A stretch of DNA of 21,579 nt. Source: Octopus sinensis (taxonomy: Eukaryota). Position numbers and translations under genes: made by a program. Location: contig NW_021823717.1 in assembly GCF_006345805.1 (NCBI RefSeq), forward strand, positions 1 through 21,579. Direction: 5' to 3'. Position 1 is the stretch's first letter. Each line of letters starts with the position of its first letter. Below are positions 9,945 through 20,850 of this stretch, in pieces. The notes under the pieces were generated by a model. That model was not told where the DNA came from, did no database searches, and was given only the letters and a program-made list of their open reading frames with translations.

Positions 9945-9990
9945 ACTCTATTGACAAGGCTCGAAATTTTGGGGAATGGGTGGGGTAGTC
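9945..9990 (-). mobile_element. Isolated 3' tail of the major SINE family (tail type B)
   Basis: acaaggctcgaaattttgggg matches acaaggcccgaaattttgggg at 15150-15170. Confidence 0.6.
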
Positions 9991-9997
9991 ACAGTGT

Positions 9998-10352
9998 GGC
10001 GAGCTGGCAGAAACGTTAGCACGCCGGGCGAAATGCGTAGCCGTATTTCGTCTGCCGTGACGTTCTGAGTTCAAATTACGCACTGGGGTCGATATAATTG
10101 ACTTAATCCGTTTGTCTGTCCTTGTTCGTCCCCTCTGTGTTTAGCCCCTCGTGGGTAGTAAAGAAATAGGTATTTCGTCTGTCGTTATGTTCTGAGTTCA
10201 AATTCCGCCGAGGTCGACTTTGCCTTTCATCCTTTCGGGGTCGATAAATAAAGTACCAGTTTCACACTGGGGTCGATGTAATCGACTTAATCCGTTTGTC
10301 TGTCTTTGTTTGTCCCCTCTATGTTTAGCCCCTTGTCGGTAGTAAAGAAATA
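9998..10352 (+). mobile_element. Dimeric copy of the major SINE family
   Basis: Head ggcgagctggcagaaacgttagc, B-box-like gagttcaaattcc, two tandem units joined at aaagaaatag|gtatttcgtc; unit 1 lacks 57 nt present in unit 2. Confidence 0.92.
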
Positions 10353-10867
10353 TATATTTTTTCATGATATTTTACCTCATAACTTTTACGATACAAATTT
10401 TTGTTGCACGGGAACAAAACTATGAAATTCTTCATGCTTTCCTCTATCATTGAAGCTAAGATTAATATATTTTGCTGTTAAAGTAAAAAAGTTATTTAGA
10501 TCTAAACTTGATTGGGGGCGTTACTTACTCTCCTATAACGTTCCTACAAACTTTAATGTAAACTTTTTTCTACTGGATCAAATAGCAATTTTTTATGCCA
10601 AAATGTAGCTAGGGACCAGTTCTCTTCAAAAATGTTAGCAGTTTTCAATTTGGTTAAGAACTGAATTAGCGACAAGCTCTGAAAGGTGCTGCGTGAGAGT
10701 AAACTGCGGCCTTAGGAATATTATTATTCAACTACTACCGTAGTTGAATGATCAACTACTGCTGTAGTTGAATGAGTATAGTGTTTTGTAGTTTTTCTCT
10801 TCTTCCTCTACAACTTTTGCTTATTGTATTTGAAATTCAAATATATTTTTACCTTTTTTCAGACAAC

Positions 10868-11075
10868 AGACAGGTAGAAAAAAAAAATATATTTCGACCC
10901 CTACTTCTCTTTGTGTTTAACCAGGGTTGCAAAGCTTCCAAAGCCACTTGTGACATTTGTTCCGGAGAAGGTGCTATTACTGAGAGAACTGTACAGAAAT
11001 GGTTTCCGTGCATCAAGGAAGGGAAAATTCGATCTCAGTCATTTTTGCGTTTCGGCCGACCATTTCAATGAAGAT
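10868..11075 (+). mobile_element. Mariner transposase N-terminal (HTH) pseudogene fragment
   Basis: RQVEKKNIFRPLLLFVFNQGCKASKATCDICSGEGAITERTVQKWFPCIKEG...FGRP matches the mariner pattern FRxxLLFxFxxGxKAxxAxxxICxxYGEGAxxERTxxxWFxxFxxG...RSGRP; no DD34D domain is present. Confidence 0.8.
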
Positions 11076-11197
11076 TGATCGAACAAGCTCATCCACATTT
11101 CTCTAGAGCCTCACGTAATGAATCCCGCTTCTTTAAAAAAGCTACTAGCCCCCCACAACGTTTTGAAAACGCATGAATTTTGACGTTGAAAATACTT

Positions 11198-11427
11198 TTT
11201 TCTTTACTACCCACAAGTGGCTAAACACAGAGAGGACAAACAAGGACAGACAAATGGATTAAGTCGATTATATCGACCCCAGTGCGTAACTGGTACTTAT
11301 TTAATCGACCCCGAAAGGATGAAAGGCAAAGTCGACCTCGGCGGAATTTGAACTCAGAACGTAGCAGCAGACGAAATACAGCTACGCATTTCGCCTGGCG
11401 TGCTAACGTTTCTGCCAGCTCGCCGCC
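11198..11427 (-). mobile_element. Full-length monomer of the major SINE family
   Basis: Complete head-to-tail match; flanked by TSD-like TTGAAAATAC (11186-11195) and TTGAAAAATAC (11432-11442). Confidence 0.93.
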
Positions 11428-11967
11428 TTCATTGAAAAATACTATCGTTTTGATGGCATACCAGATGCACTTTTTTTCCAGCCGAAAAGTGTCCTCAAAA
11501 ATTAAAATTTAGGCCAATATTACATTCTCTAATGCACTAAAAAAATTTTCCTGGGTAAATGTTGCTGAAATTGGGGGAACAGTTAATATGCACATGCGTT
11601 TTTTACGCCATCAAGCACAGAAAGACATCATCTGGTATAACTTCTCATTTAATTAATTATGGACGATGTTAGGTAAAAGAAACTAGAGATGAAATTCGAA
11701 AGCACTGAGCTGAGAGTAAACCACAATAATTTGCTTCCGAAGAACCAGAAAAGACCGTAAGATAAAATATACCCATGTCCTTCATACGGATATTTTCGAA
11801 ATTCATCCTTTCCGTTTTTATATTTCATTGTGGTATTTGTTATAGCCCCCACCCCAACTAATTTCTAAATATTTTTTGAGTACTGACAGTAAATAAATTT
11901 CGCAATGAAGTTAATTAAAATGTGTTTGGGAGTTCAATCTGTGTATATACATATATATATATATAAA

Positions 11968-12116
11968 GAAATGAAGAAAATGCTGACAAAATAATTTAAG
12001 TAAGGGAGAGTGTATTTAATTAGGTGAAAGTTCTTTTTTTGTTTAAAAAAAGAACTTTCACCTAATTAAATACACTCTCCTTACTTAAATTATTTTGTCA
12101 GCATTTTCTTCATTTC
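11968..12116. repeat. Near-perfect long palindrome (73/72 bp arms, 4 nt spacer)
   Basis: 11968-12040 is the reverse complement of 12045-12116 except for one G indel; spacer GTTT. Confidence 0.95.
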
Positions 12117-12247
12117 CTTTTTTTATATATCACAACTCGTGTTCCACATCTCCTTTTTTGAATATATATATATTTATATATATAATCAGAAATATTAAAT
12201 TTCTAAATATCTCATAGAGATATGTACGGTGGTGGAGCGATGGAGTG

Positions 12248-12466
12248 GTTGTATACTGTCAACTTAACGTGACAGTCCCGTAAGGGAATTACACTACCGC
12301 TGTTTTACCCTAGAAAGCATCGACACTTCCTGTAGGCCCCTTCGTAAATATATAAGGACACAGGAAATGTGTCATGGCCGACAGGAAGCGTCGATGCTTC
12401 CTAGGGCTAAACAGCAGTGGTGTAATTCCCTTACAGGTCTGTCACGTTAAGTTGACAGTATACAAC
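12248..12466. mobile_element. MITE/foldback element with 91 bp inverted arms
   Basis: Arms 12248-12338 and 12376-12466 have 9 mismatches in 91 bp, with the outer 28 bp perfect (gttgtatactgtcaacttaacgtgacag); 37 nt spacer; no ORF. Confidence 0.8.
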
Positions 12467-12479
12467 ACTCTATAATAGA

Positions 12480-12600
<121 letters not shown>

Positions 12601-12779
12601 TAGTTAATCCCACCGAAAAAGAAACGAAGGACAAACACTTACCGCACGCTCACACGGACCCCTGGCCTTCAACTGACTTTTGAAATACCTAATTCGCGAA
12701 TTTCTTTCTACCATCAGATTACATTACTTTGTTCATTCGGAATACGCTATTCCTGGAACTTGATTATGAATCATGTATA

Positions 12780-13325
12780 CATCTATCTATCTATCTATCA
12801 TCTATCTATCTATCATCTATCTATCTTCTATCTATCTATCTATCTATCTACTATCTATCTTTCTTTCTTTCTTTCTATCTATCTCTATTATCTATCTATA
12901 TATCCATCTGTCAATCTTCTATTCTATCCTATCTATAATCTATATCTATCGACTATCTATCTATCTATCTATCTATCCATCTATCTATCTATCTCTCCCT
13001 CTCTCTCTCTCTCTTCTCTATATATAAATATTATATATATAGATATATATATATGTTTTGTGTGTGTTGTGTATGTTTGTATCTATGTATAGACATATAT
13101 GCAGCTATATGTATAACTAGCTCTCTCTCACTAGATTTGTAAGTTTGTATGTGTAAATGTGTGTGCGTATATTATATATATATATATATAAATAAATATA
13201 TATATATATACATACATACATAAATATACATATATATACATATACACACACATACACACACACATACACACACACATATAAAAACAGAGAGAGAAAGAGT
13301 GTGCATGTGTGTGAGAGAGAGAGGG
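12780..13325. repeat. (TATC)n/(CT)n/(TA)n/(CA)n compound tract
   Basis: Direct inspection. Confidence 0.95.
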
Positions 13326-13429
13326 GGCAGCAAGAAAGCCAAAGACATGGATTGTAAAAAGAAAACGATCCATCTTAGGAGGAAAATCATATCAAATGAG
13401 GAATCTCTGGTTACTTTCAGTTACTCATT

Positions 13430-14285
<856 letters not shown>

Positions 14286-14424
14286 CGTTCCTTTACTCCT
14301 CTGATGCACACAATCTCGTTCTCTCTCATAGAAACTTTGCCTTTCTCGCGCAAACCCTAACAGTTTGTAATACGTACTCAGAGGCCCTGCTATTCTCTCC
14401 ACTTTCAATTGCTCTCGTAGCATT

Positions 14425-14451
14425 TTTATATCTATCTATCTATATCTATCT

Positions 14452-14489
<38 letters not shown>

Positions 14490-14513
14490 CATCCTTCATC
14501 ATCCATCCATCCA

Positions 14514-14601
<88 letters not shown>

Positions 14602-14622
14602 CATTCATCCATCCAACCATCC

Positions 14623-14694
<72 letters not shown>

Positions 14695-15120
14695 GTTTGT
14701 CTGTCTGTTTATCAATCCATCTGTCTGTTTCTCTCTCTCTCTCTTCCTCTCTCCCCTTATCACTCTTTCACTCTCTGTAGTTCTTACACATACACACACA
14801 ACCACACAGGTTATCCCTCACCCTAGCTCCAAATCACACGCATATCAAACACACACACACGCACAGACACATACACACACACACACACTGATACAGACTT
14901 TCAATCAGTCTCTTCTTTTTCTTCCTCCTCTTAGTCTTCAGTTTTCTCTTTTTTTCTCTCACCCACATTTTCCTTCCCTCCCTCTCTCACACATTCACTC
15001 TTTCTATCTCTCCAGCCACATTTTCCCCTCACACCTTCCTACCTCTCTCTCTTTCTCTCTCCCTCCCTCTAACTAATTTTAAAGCATTTATATATCTCCC
15101 TCTTCCCCACCTTATTCTCT
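14425..15120. repeat. (TATC)n/(CATC)n, (CA)n and CT-rich block
   Basis: Direct inspection. Confidence 0.93.
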
Positions 15121-15136
15121 CAATCTATTTAATCTT

Positions 15137-15697
15137 TTCTATTCTAGGCACAAGGCCCGAAATTTTGGGGGAGGTAGACAGTCGATTAAATCGAAACCAG
15201 TACGCAACTGGTACTTAATTTATCGACCCGAAAGGATGAAAGGCAAAGTCGACCTCGGCGGAATTTGAACTCAGAACGTAGCCACAGACGAAATACCTAT
15301 TTCTTTACTACCCACAAGGGGCTAAACACAGAAAGGACAAACAAGAACAGACAAACGGATTAAGTCGATTATATCGACCCAGTGCTTAACTGGTACTTAA
15401 TTTATCGACCCCGAAAGGATGAAAGGCAAAGTCGACCTCGGCGGAATTTGAACTCAGAACGTAGCCGCAGACGAAATACCTATTTCTTTACTACCCACAG
15501 AGAGGACAAACAAGGACAGACAAACGGATTAAGTCGATTATATCGACCCCAGTGCGTAACTGGTACTTATCTAATCGACCCCGAAAGGATGACAGGGAAA
15601 GTCGACCTGGGCGGAATTTGAACTCACTACGTAACGGCAGACGAAATACCGCGAAGCATTTCGCCCGATGTGCTAACGATTCTGCCAGCTCGCCGCC
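15137..15697 (-). mobile_element. Trimeric copy of the major SINE family
   Basis: One head (15650-15697) plus three body units; GACGAAATACC recurs at 15287, 15470 and 15640 (periods 183 and 170); the last unit ends in tail type B. Confidence 0.93.
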
Positions 15698-15719
15698 TTT
15701 CTCTCATTCCATTTAATGA

Positions 15720-16560
15720 TCACTCTTTCACTTTGTCTCTCTCTTACTCTCTCCTCTTTCTCCTCATTCCCAAACACAAATACAAACACACACACACACA
15801 CACACACACAATATACACACACAGCATTTATTATAACGTAGATAGATACAGATTACAAACACGTACACACAAACTGACATACACGAATACACACAGAAAC
15901 ACACCTTTTCTGTCTCCTCCTTCTCCTTCTCCTTCTCCTCTCCTCCTCCTCCTTCTTCTTCCTTTGCTTCTTTATCCACTTTTCTTCTTCTTGTTCATCT
16001 CCTTCTTTTCCTCCCCTCCTCCAAATGCACCCTCCTGCACCTCCTCCACCTCCTCCTCGTTCTCTCCCCTCTCTCTCTCTCTCTTCCCCACCCCTATTCA
16101 TTTCATCCTCATCTCAATGTCACTGCTTAGGAATCAGGAGAGGTTTCCCTTTCCATCTGCGACGCATCATTTTTCACCCCCTACCCCTACCCCCAACCCC
16201 AACCCCATCATTCTGTCATTCTCTATTCGCTCATTTCCTACCGTTACCACTATACCTTTCTGCCGCCACCACTATACCTACTACCGCCAACACTACAATT
16301 CTTACCCCCACACAACTATCTTTTTAAACCTATCGCACTTCACACTTTTATCCTCACACATGACGACGCTGACGCAAACTCCAGTCCAGCATGGCAAATG
16401 TCACATGTTATACAACACACGTAAACACTCACACCTACACACACACACATGCACTCTCTCACACAGGCATACACTCACCCCCCCTTCCCCCCACGCATAC
16501 ACACTCTACATAGATTTTCTCATCCATATGTATTTCAATACATATGCATATAAAGATAGT
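15720..16560. repeat. Pyrimidine-rich and CA-rich low-complexity block
   Basis: (CA)n, (CTT/CCT)n and (CT)n with short unique interruptions. Confidence 0.85.
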
Positions 16561-16565
16561 TGAAT

Positions 16566-16685
16566 GGCGGAAGCAGTAGAGCGTCGGGCGGACAAAATGC
16601 TTTGCAGTATTAAGTCACCATTTTCGTTGAAGGTCAAACCCTGCTGAGGTAAGCTTTTCTCTTTCATCCTTCTGGCAACGATAAA
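16566..16685 (+). mobile_element. Highly diverged 5' fragment of the major SINE family
   Basis: ggcggaagcagtagagcgtcgggcggacaaaatgctttgcagtatt...ctgaggtaagcttttctctttcatccttctggcaacgataaa aligns loosely to the family head and body. Confidence 0.6.
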
Positions 16686-17137
16686 GTGAGAACGAGACTG
16701 GATGAACCGACGACATAAATTACACAAGAAGCGTGACCCTGTGCCTATGCAACAAACCAACACACAGCCACATGAACACACACATACACACACATTTATA
16801 TAAATATTGCTACAGAGTGTAATCACTCGTTTAATAAATGCCGTTGTGTATTTATATATTTTGTGTCACGTTAATGGTGATAACTTAATCTGATTGGAGT
16901 TATATCCTTTGGTTGCTATATATTTTCGTGAAGAAATAAACACTAGCTGGGTGTAAGAAAGGAACGGAGATAATCAGTCCAAGATTAAACTTATCACCTG
17001 GTGATATTAATCTTTCATTTACTTTAAAACGCGTTATTTCGGTTTTTCGTCATGACCATTAAAATATCACATGCTTACTAATTCGCCCAAGTTAAAGCAT
17101 ATACACATAAATACATACAAACACAGAAACATATATA

Positions 17138-18408
17138 AGGAGTTGGACAAAATAATGGAAACACCTAGCATCATTGCATCATAATTTTGAAATATCTATA
17201 AAAACATCAAAAGCTTGTTTATTTATTTTTTTTATTATTAGTATTGCTTAATATGTTTTGCTAAAATTGCTGGGATTTTTTTTTAGATATCATCAGAAAA
17301 AGGTAATTAAAATTCATTAAAGTGACATCTATCAGACTTTCAGAGAGGTCAAATTGTTGGTGCTCGTATGGCAGGCGCTAGCGGAACGAAAACAACCGAA
17401 ATGTTTGGTGTATCAAGAAGTAATGTCTCGAAAGTAATGACAGCCTTTGGGAAAGAAGGAAAATCCTCCTCGTCGAAAGAAAACCAAAACTTTCAGATAA
17501 GGACCATCGGACTCTTACACGAATTGTTAGAAAAGAACACAAAAGTACAGCTCTCAAAATTACTGCAGAGCTTAATGACCACCTCGAGAACCCAGTTTCA
17601 ACAAAAACTGTTCGCCGAGAGCTGCACAAAGCCGGATTTCACGGGAGTGCTGCAATTAGAAAACCACTACTTTCAAAAACAAGCGTTGCAAAGTGTTTAG
17701 AGTGGAGTACAAAAAATATAGGATTGGTCCTTAGAGTAGTGGAAGAATGTTATTTTCTCGCACGAGTCATTCTTTACTCTATTTGCAACAACCGGCCGAG
17801 TATATGTGTAGAGACAGCCAAAATAAGCATTTGACCCAGACTGCCTTCTCCCAACTGTTAAACATGGAGGAGGATCTGTGATGATCTGGTGGACTATATC
17901 TTGGAAATACGCCGGCCTAATAGTTTTGATTATTAATTCTGCCATGAAGGGAACCCTTTCATGGCAGAATTAATAATCAAAACTATTTAAACCTTGTATC
18001 TGATCAAATTCATCATATGGTAGCGGAACTGCTTCCGGAGGGAAATGCAATCTTTCAGGGTGAAAGTGCAACAATTTACACAGCTAAGGCTGTTACTGAA
18101 TGGCACGAAGAACATTCTAGTGAAGCTGAACATCTTATCTGGCCCAGATTTCAATTATTATTGAACATTTATGGTGCATCTTAGAAAAGCAAGTAAGGAG
18201 TCGATATCCTCCACCATTATCGCTACAAGAACTGGAGGCTGTTTTAGCTGAAGAATGGACAAAAATTCCTTCGGAAACGATTCAAACTTTGTACAAGTTC
18301 AAACCTCGTAGAATTCAAGGTGTAATTACTGCCAAAGGCGTTCTTACCCCATATTAAAACAAATTTGCTTGAAAGTTTAAGGCGTTGCCATTATTTTGTT
18401 CAACCCCT
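17138..18408 (+). mobile_element. Tc1-family DNA transposon, full length but inactivated
   Basis: 29 bp TIRs AGGAGTTGGACAAAATAATGGAAACACCT (17138-17166) and the reverse complement at 18380-18408, with 4 mismatches. A TA precedes the left end; the right TSD is not intact. Confidence 0.92.
17322..18357 (+). pseudogene. Tc1 DD34E transposase pseudogene
   Basis: Motifs LSDFQRGQIVGARMAG, RKPKLS, VRRELHKAGF, WKNVIFS(H)ES, PTVKHGGGSVMIW, IFQ(GE)SA, DFxIIEHLW, RRIQGVITAKG. Multiple stops and frameshifts; the first catalytic D is H at 17761. Confidence 0.92.
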
Positions 18409-18410
18409 CC

Positions 18411-18424
18411 GTGTGTGTTGTGTG

Positions 18425-18455
<31 letters not shown>

Positions 18456-18590
18456 ATATATTATATGTGTGTGTTGTGTGTGTGTGTGTGGGGTGTTATA
18501 GGGTAGTACGATTCTGTGTGTGTATATATATAACCTTTCTCGCTGCTACTCTTTTGTGTGTATGTATGTATGATATGGATGAATGTAGTC
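18411..18590. repeat. (GT)/(TA) compound microsatellite
   Basis: Direct inspection. Confidence 0.9.
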
Positions 18591-18874
18591 TAGTTTCAAT
18601 GTCTATCTAGCAATAGTATAGGCCCTCAGGAATTCCGGCTTGGTGTCTGGCCTGCCGGAAGACCATTGGGAGTGAAGCTCTTCGCTCTGATATAAACCCA
18701 GGTATGTAGGGAATATCACCGAACATTTTGGGGATCTTTTGCGTACGCTCGAGATCATGGTACTCCCACATTCCTGAGCCTGTGACCAATACTGGCACTG
18801 AATATCTTGCCCTGGCTTGTCTCTGGATTATTCCAGTAGGCTAAGGTCTGTGGGGCGTTGTGGAAGTTTAATTA

Positions 18875-19105
18875 TATTTCTTTACTACCCACAAGGGGCT
18901 AGACATAGAGGGGACAAACAAGGACAGACAAAGGGATTAAGTCGATTACATCGACCCCAGTGCGAAACTGGTACTTTATTTATCGACCCCGAAAGGATGA
19001 AAGGCAAAGTCGACCTCGGCGGAATTTGAACTCAGAGTGTAACGACAGACGAAATACCGCTTAGCATTTCGCCCGGTGCGCTAACGTTTCTGCCAGCTCG
19101 CCGCC
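18875..19105 (-). mobile_element. Full-length monomer of the major SINE family with a 7 bp TSD
   Basis: Complete match; TTAATTA at 18868-18874 and 19106-19112. Confidence 0.94.
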
Positions 19106-19544
19106 TTAATTAGGTTGCACAACAGCAGGTGAGGCGACTTGCCGATGCTCCGCTGAGTAGGAGGACGCCGCGGAGAACATGAAAGCCGTGGGTGTGAACC
19201 CGGGTGTAGCCGAACTCGGGTACAATAACCTCATGCACGAGCATCGTTAGCATTTTGGATGAGCAAAGGTCCGTGATGGTCTTCCTGTGTCACGAGTGGA
19301 CAGCCATAGTGTATACGTATATATAGTGCACCCTTCCAATATTAGTGGGATTTTTAAAAAAATAGTACCTCACCTACTGAGAGAAATACTATTTGATGTA
19401 CGAAGAACTTAAATATAAGCTGCTAAGTTTCATGCCTCTGATATTACAATACTCCGACAAGTTTGTATATAGCATGCCATTTATTACCAGGTGATTATTC
19501 AGATTCAAAATAAAATAAGGCTTCTATTTGAGAAAATAGGTATA

Positions 19545-20280
19545 ATGGAGACGGTGACGACGTCCACGATGATGATGATAATGGTGGTGGTGGTTGTGGT
19601 GATGGCGGTGGTGGTGGTGTGGTGGTGGTAATGGTGGTTCTGGTGATGGTGGTTGTGGTGGTGGTGGTGGTGGTGGTGGTTTTGGTGGTTCTGGTGATGG
19701 TTGTTGTTGTGGTGGTGGTGTTGGTTGTGGTGGTGGTGTTGGTTGTGTGGTGGTGGTGGTATGGTTGTGGTGGTGGTGGTGGTATGGTTTTGGTGGTGGT
19801 GGTGGTTGTGGTGGTGGTGGTGGTGGTTGTGTTGGTTGTGGTTGCGGTGGTGGTGGTGGTGGTGGTTGTGGTGGTTGTGGTTGCGGTGGTGGTGGTGGTG
19901 GTGGTGGTGGTGGTGGTGGTTGTGGTGGTGGTGATGGTTGTGGTGGTTGTGGTTGCGGTGGTGGAGGTAGTGGTGGTGGTTGTGGTTGTGGTGGTGGTGG
20001 TGGTGGTGGTGTTGGTTCTGGTGGTTGTGGTTCTGGTGGTGGTGGTGATACTGGCAGTGGTGTTGATTCTGGTGACAATGATATGATTGTAGGATCGACG
20101 TTTGTTTCGATGATGAAGTTTTGTTGATGGTGATGGAAATGACGATTGTCGTATTAGCAAATATTAGTGTGACCGGTGGGGTGGGGAGTGCCGCTGCCGC
20201 TGCTGGTGCTGATGCTGCTGCTGGTGCTGATACTGCTGCTGACAGGGGAGGAGGTAGTGGTTGTTGTGCTGGGTGATGAG
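19545..20280. repeat. Long (GGT/GTT/GCT)n trinucleotide tract
   Basis: Direct inspection; source of the poly-P/T/H/V/G/W ORFs. Confidence 0.95.
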
Positions 20281-20428
20281 GGTAGGGAGAAACCTGAAAC
20301 AAGGGAAACATGAGTCGGAAATTCCACGATATTAACAAGAGAGCAATGTTGAATTAACGGGTCGGGGTTATATGTATGAAGTGGAGCCGGGTTAAAGTTA
20401 CTGAAATTTAATAGGACTATTTGGGGTA

Positions 20429-20473
20429 GTGTGTGTGTGTGTGTGTGTGTGTGTGAATATATATGCGTTCGTC

Positions 20474-20508
<35 letters not shown>

Positions 20509-20850
20509 GTATGTGTATGTGTGTATGTGTGCATGTGTGTATGTGTATGTGTGTATGTGTATGTGGGTGTGTGTGTATGTGTGTATATGTGTATGTATGT
20601 ATGTCTATGTATATGTGTGTATGTGCGTATGTGTGTATGTGTGTATGTGTGTATGTGTATGTGTGTATGTGTATGTATGTGTATGTGTGTGTATGTGTGC
20701 ATGTGTGTATGTGTATGAGTGTATGTGCGTATGTGTGTATGTGCGTATGTGCGTATGTGTGTATGTGTATGTGTGTATGCGTATGTGTATGTGTGTGTGT
20801 GAATATATATGCGTTCGTCTGTGTGTATGTGTGTATGTGAGTGTATGTGC
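20429..20850. repeat. (GT)n/(GTGTAT)n satellite
   Basis: Direct inspection. Confidence 0.95.

Noticed and set aside
14331-14430. Acceptor plus hydrophobic frame [32 protein letters not shown] as ABCG TM4-5
   Set aside because: No donor before the (TATC)n tract, and the ~300 aa of intervening exons expected after 8938 are absent
15137-15697. Regularly spaced ~180 bp repeats suggesting a CRISPR-like array
   Set aside because: Whole units repeat with no unique spacers, they match dispersed SINE copies, and there are no cas genes in this eukaryotic context
17368-17700. 110 aa ORF as an intact gene
   Set aside because: Frameshifted fragment of the dead Tc1 transposase
19495-20338. Overlapping 150-277 aa ORFs on both strands
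   Set aside because: (GGT)n repeat artefacts
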